Assembly (NCBI GenBank): GCA_027319565.1
Contig: DAHVNA010000019.1
Coordinates: 1 to 37,324, forward strand
Length of the DNA: 37,324 bases
Source of the DNA: Elusimicrobiota bacterium
GTDB taxonomy: Bacteria > Elusimicrobiota > Elusimicrobia > UBA1565 > UBA9628
Reading direction: 5' to 3'
The position numbers and the translations under genes were made by a program. Each line of letters opens with the position of its first letter. Position 1 is the first letter of the stretch. Under the pieces are notes generated by a model. The model was not told the origin of the DNA and searched no databases. It saw only the letters and a program-made list of their open reading frames with translations. Shown here piece after piece: positions 26,612 through 35,307 of the stretch.

Positions 26612-28053
26612 AAAATAAGTTTTCCTATGGCGGGGCCGACGATATTGAGAAGCGGCCCCGGGTGTAAGCCGATGACGATCATCGGAATAATTAACAGCCA
26701 AAGAAGAGCTTGTTCTCTAAAATCCAGGTCAAATACCCGCGAACTGACAGACGCGGGCGTTCTCTCTCCCAAGAAAACGGCCTGGAAAGCGGGCAAAAGG
26801 TAAAACGCCGCGATCGTCACTCCGAAAACGCCCACCACCGCAATCGGCAAGGAAACCTTCGCCATGCCGGACAAGGACATAAATTCTCCCACAAACCCGT
26901 TGAGTCCCGGAAGCCCGATCGAGGCAAAAACGGTGACTCCGAAAAAGAATGTGAGTATCGGCGCCTGAGACACCAGGTCTCCAAAATCGGCCAGACCTCT
27001 TTTGTGCGTGCGTTCATAAAGGAAGCCCACCATCAAAAACAAAGCTCCGGTGGTGAGCCCGTGATTAATCAATTGCAAGCTGCCTCCGGCTAATCCTTGA
27101 GCGGTTCGGGAAGCGATTCCCAAAACGCAGAAACCTAAATGGGCAATCGAGGAATAAGCAATCAAGCGCTTTAAATCCATCTGCGCCATCGCGGACAAGG
27201 CGCCGTAAATGACATTGATGGCCGCAAGCCCGCCCAACCAAGGCAAGGATTTCATGCCCCATTCGGGGAAAGCGGGCAAAAGAACTCGCAGAAATCCGTA
27301 GACCCCGACTTTGAGAAGCACCCCCGCCAAAATAATCGAACCCGCCGCCGGAGCTTCAGTGTGCGCATCGGGAAGCCAGGTGTGAATCGGAACCAGCGGA
27401 ATTTTGACGCCAAAGCCGACCACGAAAGCGGCGAAAGCAAGAATCGCATAAAGACCATGATTGGGAGCGCGCAAAATATTCATGTCCCAACTCCAGACGC
27501 CGGTCGATTGATGATGAAAGACTACCAAGGCTAAAATTCCTAAAAGAAGAAACAAGCTTCCGAAAAAAGTAAACAAGAAAAATTTAATCGCCGCATGCTT
27601 GCGATTTTCCGAGCCCCAAAGCCCGATGATGAAAAACATCGGAATCAGCATCGCCTCCCAGAAAACATAGAAAAAGAAAAGATCTTGCGCGAGGAAAACC
27701 CCCATCACCGCGCCTTCAAGAAAAAGAAAAGAGGCCCAGAAGCCGGCGGACAAATCCTGCTTCCAGGAGGATAAAAGAGCGATGACGGTCAAAAAAGCGT
27801 TTAAAAGGCATAGCGCCCAAGAGAGCCCGTCCATGGAAAAAGAATAACTGATTCCATAGGTCAGAATTTTTCCGGGCTCGGAAAGAGAAGCCAAGCGTCC
27901 GCCCCAAAAGCCCGTTCCGGCCTGTAAAACAAGATACAACTCCATCGCCGCGCAAATAAGGGAAACCCAGCGCGCGCGCAAGTTAAACGCGGGAGCAAGC
28001 AAAGTAAACAAAGCCCCGATAACCGGAAAAGCCCAGAATAGAGTTAAAATCAT
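26608..28053 (-). CDS. nuoM: NADH-quinone oxidoreductase subunit M
   Basis: FYVFWE, K.P.VP.HTWLPDAHTEAP, LKVG.YG, PG.NGFVGEF; start coupled to the nuoL stop. Confidence 0.94.
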   Translation of the reverse strand: MILTLFWAFPVIGALFTLLAPAFNLRARWVSLICAAMELYLVLQAGTGFWGGRLASLSEPGKILTYGISYSFSMDGLSWALCLLNAFLTVIALLSSWKQDLSAGFWASFLFLEGAVMGVFLAQDLFFFYVFWEAMLIPMFFIIGLWGSENRKHAAIKFFLFTFFGSLFLLLGILALVVFHHQSTGVWSWDMNILRAPNHGLYAILAFAAFVVGFGVKIPLVPIHTWLPDAHTEAPAAGSIILAGVLLKVGVYGFLRVLLPAFPEWGMKSLPWLGGLAAINVIYGALSAMAQMDLKRLIAYSSIAHLGFCVLGIASRTAQGLAGGSLQLINHGLTTGALFLMVGFLYERTHKRGLADFGDLVSQAPILTFFFGVTVFASIGLPGLNGFVGEFMSLSGMAKVSLPIAVVGVFGVTIAAFYLLPAFQAVFLGERTPASVSSRVFDLDFREQALLWLLIIPMIVIGLHPGPLLNIVGPAIGKLIL

Positions 28054-29909
28054 TTCAGCAACCTCAAAAGCATCACTCCTCCGCCCAACAAAATCCACCA
28101 AAGAGAATCATTCAAACGTCCGGAAGCCAGCGAAGAAACGCTCTTAGCCGCGTCTTCCGCCCACAGAGAAGTGTTCTCAATCCACCTGTCCCAGGTTTTC
28201 TTGTCCCAGAAAATCCCCAGCAGATAGCTTAATTCCTCGACAAGCAAGGTCAGCGCCGCAACCATGGGCTTGACGCCAAAATCGGCATCGGCTATTGTCT
28301 CGATCCATGGCATATTTCTGCGCCAATCCCAGTCAAAAGAAGGCCATTTCATCGTCCACAAATAAGCCGCCAAGATTCCAAGACCTGCCATTGAACTTGA
28401 GCGGATAAAAGAAGACCAGTCAAAGCCGGGAATCTTGATCATCGGTGAAACTCCCAACCAGCCGGAGCTGGCCAATTGATAAAATTGAGCGCTAAACCAA
28501 CCAATCCCAATGGCCCCTAAAACGATAAAGAAAAGTGGAACGTTCATCGCCGGCCCCGCCTCATGCGGATGTTCCGGAGGATGCTGTTCCTTGCGGGGCC
28601 CTAAGAACGCCAAGAAAAGCATTCGGAAAATATAAAACGCGCTTAAAAAAGCGATCGCAAAACCTGCAGCGCTTGCCCATCCCCCCCGGTCAAACGCCGC
28701 GCCGAGTATCGCGTCCTTGCTATAAAAGCCGGCAAAGGGCCATATTCCGCTTAAAGAAAATGCGGCGGCGGTAAAAAAGACGGCCGTCACCGGAATTTTC
28801 TTTAAAAGCCCTCCGGTCTCATCGACCGAGGCGGTGGATTTATGGAGGGCATGCGCGATATTTCCGGCGCAAAGAAATAATGCGGCTTTAAAAAATCCAT
28901 GCGTCACTAAGTGAAAAAGAGCCGATGAAACTTCTCCTAGTCCAAGGCCGAAGGCCATGATGCCCAGATGACTGACGGTCGAATAAGCGAGGATGCGCTT
29001 TAAATCTTTTCTCGTCGCGGCGATAATGCCGGAAAAAACCGCGGTGAAAGCCCCGACCGCCGCGATGGTGGTCGGCAAATGCGGGGCCAAGGAAATCAAG
29101 GGCCATGAGCGCGCCATTAAAAATATTCCCGCCGTCACCATGGTCGCTGCGTGCATCAAAGCGGAAACAGGGGTGGGGCCTTCCATCGCGTCCGGAAGCC
29201 AAAAATAAAGCGGAAACTGCGCCGATTTCGCGGTCGCCGCCAAGAAAAGAAGCCAGCCCACCCAGGAAATGGCAAGAGAACCTTTCCCTAACATAGGAAA
29301 TAATTCAGAGAATCGCGCGTGCGCGGCGGGGAAAACGTTCATCAAAATTAAAAGCGCCAGGAAAAAGCCGATGTCTCCCACGCGGTTGGTGAAAAAAGCC
29401 TGCAAAGAAGCCCGGCGCGCCGAAGCCTTTTGATACCAAAAGCCAATCAAGAGATAAGAAGACAGCCCGACCATTTCCCAGAAAAGATACATCTGGACAT
29501 AGTTATTGGCGACGACAAGACCGATCATCGACAGATAAAAGAGATGAAAGGCTAAGAAGAAACGCCCAAAAGCCGGATCGCCTTCCATATAACCTGAAGC
29601 GTAAACGTGAATCAAACCACCGACCAAGGCGACCAAGGACAAAACGATCGCAGACAATCCATCGAGGCGGACTCCGAATGAAACCGACCAAGCGCCGACG
29701 GGCATCCACTTAAAAGGAGAAACGTCAAGGACATGGCCGGAATAAACCTGGGCCGCAATCGAGGCCGCCGAAACCCCCACCACCGCGCAGGACAAAATCA
29801 TCGGCCAATGCATCCACTCCTGCTTTCTCTTTAAAAGGAAGAAGTATCCAAATAAAAGAGCCGAGACCGGCGCGGCAAATAGACAAACAACGGAAAATGG
29901 AATTCCCAT
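28050..29909 (-). CDS. nuoL: NADH-quinone oxidoreductase subunit L
   Basis: WE.VGL.SYLLIGFWY, NRVGD, KSAQFPL..WLPDAMEGPTPVSALMHAATMV, HGFFKA.LFL. Confidence 0.95.
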   Translation of the reverse strand: MGIPFSVVCLFAAPVSALLFGYFFLLKRKQEWMHWPMILSCAVVGVSAASIAAQVYSGHVLDVSPFKWMPVGAWSVSFGVRLDGLSAIVLSLVALVGGLIHVYASGYMEGDPAFGRFFLAFHLFYLSMIGLVVANNYVQMYLFWEMVGLSSYLLIGFWYQKASARRASLQAFFTNRVGDIGFFLALLILMNVFPAAHARFSELFPMLGKGSLAISWVGWLLFLAATAKSAQFPLYFWLPDAMEGPTPVSALMHAATMVTAGIFLMARSWPLISLAPHLPTTIAAVGAFTAVFSGIIAATRKDLKRILAYSTVSHLGIMAFGLGLGEVSSALFHLVTHGFFKAALFLCAGNIAHALHKSTASVDETGGLLKKIPVTAVFFTAAAFSLSGIWPFAGFYSKDAILGAAFDRGGWASAAGFAIAFLSAFYIFRMLFLAFLGPRKEQHPPEHPHEAGPAMNVPLFFIVLGAIGIGWFSAQFYQLASSGWLGVSPMIKIPGFDWSSFIRSSSMAGLGILAAYLWTMKWPSFDWDWRRNMPWIETIADADFGVKPMVAALTLLVEELSYLLGIFWDKKTWDRWIENTSLWAEDAAKSVSSLASGRLNDSLWWILLGGGVMLLRLLK

Positions 29910-29910
29910 A

Positions 29911-30207
29911 TCAACCTTTAAGATTCGCCAATGCGTCTGTATCCGGAAGCGTTTTGTTTTTCTTCAAATGCAATATCAAGGAAAGCCCGACCACGGCCTC
30001 CGCGGCCGCCACGCACAGGATAATCAAGGCCGCGGCCAAACCGTTTGAATCTTGAAAGAAGGAAGCTTGCCCCACCAAGGGAATCAAGGCCGCGGAAATC
30101 ATGATCTCAAGACCAAAAAGCATCACCAAAAGCTGTTTTCTCAAGACCACCGCGCAAAGACCCGAGACAAAAAGAAACGATGAAATCAGCCACAAGGAAT
30201 GGTTCAT
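29911..30207 (-). CDS. nuoK: NADH-quinone oxidoreductase subunit K
   Basis: Three TMs with LEIM and AAAEAVVGL glutamates; C-terminal LKG. Confidence 0.9.
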   Translation of the reverse strand: MNHSLWLISSFLFVSGLCAVVLRKQLLVMLFGLEIMISAALIPLVGQASFFQDSNGLAAALIILCVAAAEAVVGLSLILHLKKNKTLPDTDALANLKG

Positions 30208-30683
30208 GATTCTTTTCTTTTCCCCACCAAGGCTAATCCCGCTAAAAACATAAGAAGTGTCGCGGCCTCGGTTCCAGGCGCATAAATTCCAAACAAAACA
30301 GACCCCACGGGTTGACTATTTGAAGTCGTTGACGCCGCTTGGGAAAGAGGACTCTGGTGAAAAATCAGAACCAACTCAGCTAAAAGTCCGAGGATAAGAA
30401 GAAGCGCCAAGGGACGCGGGATAAAAAAATCTCCCCAACGAGACTCCGTGAGTTTTGAAAAGGCCATAATAACGACGACGACCAAAACCATCACCGCCCC
30501 GGCGTAAATGACCATCTGCATCAGGCCCAGAAGAGGAGAGCCCGACAAGGAAAAAAGAAGCGCCACTTGCAGCATCACGACTAAAAGACACATCGCGGCG
30601 GAATAAAGCGACTTTTGAAACATCATCAGAAGGGAGAAAAAAACCGCGACAGCCCCCGCCACCCATATCATTTCCCCACGCAT
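30204..30683 (-). CDS. nuoJ: NADH-quinone oxidoreductase subunit J
   Basis: Q..IYAGAVMVL…IM motif, G..LF..Y…E; directly upstream of nuoK. Confidence 0.88.
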   Translation of the reverse strand: MRGEMIWVAGAVAVFFSLLMMFQKSLYSAAMCLLVVMLQVALLFSLSGSPLLGLMQMVIYAGAVMVLVVVVIMAFSKLTESRWGDFFIPRPLALLLILGLLAELVLIFHQSPLSQAASTTSNSQPVGSVLFGIYAPGTEAATLLMFLAGLALVGKRKES

Positions 30684-30689
30684 AATCTT

Positions 30690-30719
30690 ATCTTAGTTTT
30701 TTTAAAAACAAGGAATCAA
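30690..30719 (-). promoter_or_regulatory. putative promoter of the nuo operon
   Basis: TTGATT-N18-TAAGAT on the minus strand, 6 nt before the nuoJ ATG. Confidence 0.5.
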
Positions 30720-30752
30720 ATCAAAAACGATTTCTTCGTCCTAAGCGCGAAA

Positions 30753-32060
30753 TCAATGGACAATAATCAAAGAGTCGTTGTTGTCGGGAATGGAGTTATT
30801 ATTTGAGTTCTGAACCGGATTTTTTTGAGGGGACTGCGGTTTGGGACTACTCTCGGAAGAAGAATTCTGGCCGGAGGAATAGAACATGCTGGAACCGGAA
30901 GGAGTCTTCCCCCATTTAAAGGTCAGGGAAATTCGATTAGCCTGGCCCAAGGCGCCGTAGGGCACAAGGGCATAATCAAAACTCAAATCGCGCCGGGCGA
31001 TTCCAAATCCAAAGGAAAACCCGGTAAATCCGCCAATGCTGTTAAGGGTATAAGAACTATATCCGGCCCGCCCGGCAAAATCCCACTGGGAATCTCTCCA
31101 AATATCGTATTCAGTTCCGATATTGAAATAGGGATTTCCCCCTTCTGGAAAGCCGATATCCAATGCCCCCAACCAATTGGGCGTGATTTGATAAGAAGAT
31201 CCCCAATGGAGGGCAAAAGGCAAGGGGCTTGAAACCTGATCGAAGGTCATGGGCGGGCCCCAATTATCCATGGTCAGCGCCCAACGAAATTTTCCGTCCA
31301 GGTAAAGCGGCGATAAAAGCCCTAGATTGAGCGCCTCGCTATTGGCCTGACTGACGATTTCCGACTCGATAAACTCTCCGGAAAATCCCAATGAATAGCC
31401 GGAAAAAATTCCCGCATTCTCTCCGAGAGGATAGGCATATCCCGCCGAGACGGCCAAGTCATATGGATTAAAACTCCCGATGTTTTGATAATTCTGGGTC
31501 TCGGCGATAGAGCCCGCGGAAAAATACTGAGCGGAAACTCCAAAGGCCCCCGATTGTCCCATATTATGAGAATACGCCCCGTAATCAAAAGCGGTGTCGG
31601 CTAAATAAGGAGCATACATGACCGTCGCGGAGTTTTCCGGGGTTTGAGTTAAGGCCGCCGGGTTCCAATACATCGCGGTCGCGTCGTTTGCCACCGCGGT
31701 ATAAGCTCCGCCCATTCCGATGGCGCGCGCGCCCACCCCCAGATTTAAAAAATCAGCCGTCGTGATTCCATTGGCCGCCGAAGAAAAATTGCCGGCAAAA
31801 GCGGGAACGGCAGGAACGGAAAGACAAAGAAGTAACGGAAAGAAACGGAAAGACAAAGAAGTAACGGAAAGAAACGGAAAGACAAAGAAGTGACAGAAAG
31901 AAACGGAACGGAAACAACTTTCTTTCTTTACTTTCGTCGCTTTCCGTTTCTCTCCACTGCTTCCGTTGCTTTCCGTTACTTTCCGGTTCTTTCCATCACT
32001 TCCGTTGCCCTCCGTGACTTTCCGTTGCTTTCCGTTACTTCCGTAACTTTCCGTTCTCAT
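30753..32060 (-). CDS. PorV/UPF0164-family outer-membrane beta-barrel with repeat-derived N-terminus
   Basis: FLNLGVGARAIGMGGAYTAVANDATAMYWNPAAL, RAGY, DYA..PYG.LG; ATGA coupling to the upstream protease. Confidence 0.85.
   Translation of the reverse strand: MRTESYGSNGKQRKVTEGNGSDGKNRKVTESNGSSGEKRKATKVKKESCFRSVSFCHFFVFPFLSVTSLSFRFFPLLLCLSVPAVPAFAGNFSSAANGITTADFLNLGVGARAIGMGGAYTAVANDATAMYWNPAALTQTPENSATVMYAPYLADTAFDYGAYSHNMGQSGAFGVSAQYFSAGSIAETQNYQNIGSFNPYDLAVSAGYAYPLGENAGIFSGYSLGFSGEFIESEIVSQANSEALNLGLLSPLYLDGKFRWALTMDNWGPPMTFDQVSSPLPFALHWGSSYQITPNWLGALDIGFPEGGNPYFNIGTEYDIWRDSQWDFAGRAGYSSYTLNSIGGFTGFSFGFGIARRDLSFDYALVPYGALGQANRISLTFKWGKTPSGSSMFYSSGQNSSSESSPKPQSPQKNPVQNSNNNSIPDNNDSLIIVH
31803..32056. 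repeat. inverted array of 9-10-nt tandem repeats inside the PorV-like 5' end
   Basis: Left arm of AACGGAAAG-like units including a 29-bp unit x3 (31815-31901); right arm of ~13 CTTTCCGTT-like units (reverse complements). Confidence 0.9.
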
Positions 32061-35000
32061 CTTTGAACGGCGATCTTAAGCGTCTTGGTCGTGCCGTTGC
32101 CGCGAACCAAAACAAAATAAACTCCGCTCGCTACCATCCGGCCAGAAGAATTGGTCGCGTCCCACTTGGCGACTCCGGTTGAATCCGCCGTCAATTTTTT
32201 GACTAAAAGGCCTGAGAGAGTATAAATGCTCAGGCTTGCGTTGGCCGGAAGATTGCTAAAGGTCGTGTCGGTAATCCCGCGCGCGGGGCGAATGGGATTA
32301 TTTGAAATTTCAATTTCCTGAACGGAACCGGCCAAGGTTCCAATGCCCATAATCTCGAAAGTGGAAAATCGATCAGTCGTGGCGGTGACCAGATTTTGCG
32401 AAGTGTCGGAATTGGAAATAAGCGGAATCCAGGTCCCGACATTTAAATCGCAGCGGGCAATCAGGAAATTCGAGGGCTGAACCCCGGGAGGCAAAACGGC
32501 ATTGGGATATGAAATCGAGATTTCGACATTTTGAGACGGCTCAATGGCGGGGTTTAAAGACACGGTAATCCCGACGCCTTCATCCGTCATCGGTTTTCCC
32601 GGCGGCATTGCGCAGGAAAGGTCGGAAAGCGACGGAGTGTCCACCGTCACCGTCGCCAATTCGCTCAAGGCATTGGGAGGAAAATTGAGCGTCACTAGAC
32701 CGTTATGGCTTAAAAAACTCACCAGCCCGCCCGAGGAAGTAATCACCTGCAAGGCTTGAGGAATCGAGAGAGTGACTGTTGAGTTCAGCGAGATATAATT
32801 GGGGCTTAAAGCCCAGTTAAGAGCGCCCAAGCGCAAATAATAAGTCGTTTCGGGATAAAGACTTGGCAAGACCAAGGAACTTAACTGGGTATTTTCGGTT
32901 AAACTCGAGGTAACAACTCCGGTAAAATCGGAAGCGGTTGAAGTTTCTAAAAGGTATCCCGCGCAATTCAAACAAATGGCGTAGGTGACAGAGATGCTGG
33001 AAGAAAAAACCGTCTCCGCCGGGGTATTTGAGTTTTGCGTCAATGGGAACGCCAGAGTCACGGCATATGAGGGAGAATTGAGCGTGCCTTGATTGCCTAA
33101 AACATTGACTGCTCCAATCGTTAAGGCCTCGGTAGTATTGGGAGGCAATCCCGTCAATGTAAAAGAAGAAGAAGAGGCCGGGAGATTGGCCAAAAACTCC
33201 GCGGGAGAAACCGTCGCGGAATAAACATTATAGGATGACACTCCAACCACCGGCGACCAGGTCCAGGTAATTGAAGAAAGAGAAATCATCGAAGCGGAGA
33301 CGTTTTGAGGCGCGGGCAAGGGAGACAAGGCATTAATCAGCGCGTTTCCTTTAAAAGAACCCCAGCCCGAGGCGTTGTCATAGCCTGTTCCGGCATTATA
33401 GTAGCCGTTGCTGCCGCTGGTGATATCATTAAAGAGCGCATTATAAGAAGATCCTGAAGCCAAGGTGTAAAGGGTCGGGTTAGCAAAGCCCAAGGAACTA
33501 AAACCTTCGCTTGAGCGCAATTGATTGACGCGCGAGGTCAAGGCCGCCCAAAGGGGAGCGGCCGCGCTGGTGCCGCCAATCAAGGTCGCGCTTCCATTAT
33601 TACATGTTCCGCCAATACAGATGCTGTAGGGAGCGTTGTTGGGATCCGCATTGAGGGCGACATCAGGGACATTGCGATTGCTGCTCGAATACTCTGTCGC
33701 GATCCCATTTTGATAACTTGGAAGCGGCCAATTAGTCGAAGGATAATTGGCGACGCCGCCGCCGCCCGCGCCAGCAGTCGCGCAATTAACTCCTGGATTA
33801 TTACTGCTACTACAGCCATTATTATAATTCCATACTGTTTCGCTAATCGAGCCCCCCAAGGTTCCAGACAAACTGGTCCCGCCGACACCCGTCACATATG
33901 GTTGAGACGCCGGATCATCGGTCAAGAGATTCCCTGCCCATGCCACTAAATTCCCGTTTGAGTCCGTCACTCCGGACGCGTCATAAGCCCCGGCATCTCC
34001 GGCAGCGGCAAAAATCGTTTGACCCTGAGTCGCCATCTGCTGAAAAATGCTATTTTCAGAACTCATAAAAGAGCTACTTCCAACATAGGCGTCTTCCTCG
34101 TCTTCTCCCCAGGAAGTGCTGATGTTTTTAGCCTGATTTGAAGAAGCCATCAAGGTATAACCATCAATAATTCCCTGATCGCTGTTGGGCGCCATATAGA
34201 CCAAGATATTCGCGGCTCCGGGAGATAAGGCCGCCATCATCTCTAGGTCCAGGGCAACTTCCGTCATGCCGTTGTCCGTCGCGGCTAAAGAACTCGTGCA
34301 AGTCTGGTTTTGACTGCTTCCGCAAAGATCCGTTTGACCGCCCACCGATACAAGCAACACCGGGACAGTCGGCAAACTAAATTGAGATTCGTAGAGGCTC
34401 AGATCCGAGGGATAGCCGTTCCCCGCCTGGATATAGCCGTCCAACTCCAAAAGCGCAAGAGTTTGACCAGAACCATTGAGAGAGTTATTCAAGGAATAAA
34501 CTGATTCAATATCGGCCGGGGCAAGGCCGCCCCCGGGCCCGGTTCCAGTGAGGGTTTTAGGCGAACTCCCGCTTGAAGCCGCGGCGGAAACTCCGGAACT
34601 CCGAAACTTTAAGCGCGGCTTATGCGCGCCTCTAAAATTGGAAAGCCCTAATACCGCCAGAAGATGAGGAGATAAGGATGCTGGAATCATCGGCTCTGAA
34701 TCATTGGCGCGGAAAACTTGACCGCTGGGATGAAGATAATAACTTAAGCGGACGCCAAAGGCGTTTTCCACCGCCGAAGCCGAACCCGAGACATGAACCA
34801 CCTGGCTATAAGGATCATCGGGAAAGTCAAGAGAAAGCCCGGAGGATTGGGCGAAAGATTCAAGGGCTTGCCTTTTTTGAGCCAAATTAAATTTTTGGGC
34901 AAATTGAGCAGGAGTCAGAAAATTCCTGTGGAGTGGATCTCCTGAATTATAGATCTGGGCCAAGGTCTGACTCATCAAATTCTGGTCCAGGTTGACCACC

Positions 35001-35299
35001 AGACTTAAATGGATAGTTTCGGTAGATGCCACAGGCGCGATTTTAGACGAGACGGAAATTTGCGGAGGAATATGCCCTGTCAGCGCGACTAAAGGCCCCG
35101 CCGCCCGGCCATTAACGGCAAGAAGCGCGGAAACTGCAAGGAAAAAGGGGACAGCCCCCTTTTTGACTATTCTAGTGTAGTGATTCCAACGCTTCTTTAC
35201 ATTTGACTCACCGTCATTCCGGCGAAAGCCGGAATCCAGGAATATGTCTGGACCCCGACTTTCGTCGGGGTGACAAATGTAAAAGGATTTCCGACTCAC
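32057..35299 (-). CDS. S53 (sedolisin/kumamolisin-like) protease with prodomain, Fn3-like repeats and FlgD-Ig/T9SS-like C-terminal domain
   Basis: EVALD, STSWG, AAAGDAG, VPDVA..ADP, GGTSAAAP, GYD.ASGWGS; CTD NP…IYT.SG.LVK.L…WD..N.SG..VASGVYFV…K.AV.R. Start codon uncertain. Confidence 0.9.
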   Translation of the reverse strand: MSRKSFYICHPDESRGPDIFLDSGFRRNDGESNVKKRWNHYTRIVKKGAVPFFLAVSALLAVNGRAAGPLVALTGHIPPQISVSSKIAPVASTETIHLSLVVNLDQNLMSQTLAQIYNSGDPLHRNFLTPAQFAQKFNLAQKRQALESFAQSSGLSLDFPDDPYSQVVHVSGSASAVENAFGVRLSYYLHPSGQVFRANDSEPMIPASLSPHLLAVLGLSNFRGAHKPRLKFRSSGVSAAASSGSSPKTLTGTGPGGGLAPADIESVYSLNNSLNGSGQTLALLELDGYIQAGNGYPSDLSLYESQFSLPTVPVLLVSVGGQTDLCGSSQNQTCTSSLAATDNGMTEVALDLEMMAALSPGAANILVYMAPNSDQGIIDGYTLMASSNQAKNISTSWGEDEEDAYVGSSSFMSSENSIFQQMATQGQTIFAAAGDAGAYDASGVTDSNGNLVAWAGNLLTDDPASQPYVTGVGGTSLSGTLGGSISETVWNYNNGCSSSNNPGVNCATAGAGGGGVANYPSTNWPLPSYQNGIATEYSSSNRNVPDVALNADPNNAPYSICIGGTCNNGSATLIGGTSAAAPLWAALTSRVNQLRSSEGFSSLGFANPTLYTLASGSSYNALFNDITSGSNGYYNAGTGYDNASGWGSFKGNALINALSPLPAPQNVSASMISLSSITWTWSPVVGVSSYNVYSATVSPAEFLANLPASSSSFTLTGLPPNTTEALTIGAVNVLGNQGTLNSPSYAVTLAFPLTQNSNTPAETVFSSSISVTYAICLNCAGYLLETSTASDFTGVVTSSLTENTQLSSLVLPSLYPETTYYLRLGALNWALSPNYISLNSTVTLSIPQALQVITSSGGLVSFLSHNGLVTLNFPPNALSELATVTVDTPSLSDLSCAMPPGKPMTDEGVGITVSLNPAIEPSQNVEISISYPNAVLPPGVQPSNFLIARCDLNVGTWIPLISNSDTSQNLVTATTDRFSTFEIMGIGTLAGSVQEIEISNNPIRPARGITDTTFSNLPANASLSIYTLSGLLVKKLTADSTGVAKWDATNSSGRMVASGVYFVLVRGNGTTKTLKIAVQR
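35142..35164. repeat. dispersed palindrome copy 3, inside the protease signal peptide
   Basis: AAAAAGGGGACAGCCCCCTTTTT, exact reverse complement of 1921-1943; reads KKGAVPFF. Confidence 0.85.
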
Positions 35300-35307
35300 T
35301 ACACTAG
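35172..35307. mobile_element. MITE-like element flanked by CTAG
   Basis: 34-bp imperfect terminal inverted repeats CTAGTGTAGTGA-N12-TTTACATTTG (counting CTAG) at both ends; no transposase. Confidence 0.8.
35213..35274. repeat. REP/RPE-like inverted hairpin doublet (VIPAKAGIQ type)
   Basis: GTCATTCCGGCGAAAGCCGGAATCCAG (35213-35239) and CTGGACCCCGACTTTCGTCGGGGTGAC (35248-35274). Confidence 0.85.

Noticed and set aside
24907..28101. Longest-ORF starts for nuoB, nuoA, nuoN and nuoM
   Set aside because: Internal ATGs overlap the upstream stop codons and match expected subunit N-termini.
21726..29909. Group 4 NiFe hydrogenase or Mrp antiporter instead of complex I
   Set aside because: The large subunit lacks both CxxC nickel motifs and has NuoD quinone-site motifs; nuoA, J, K, E and F are present.
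31803..32056. CRISPR array
   Set aside because: Repeats are contiguous with no unique spacers, lie inside a CDS, and no cas genes are present.
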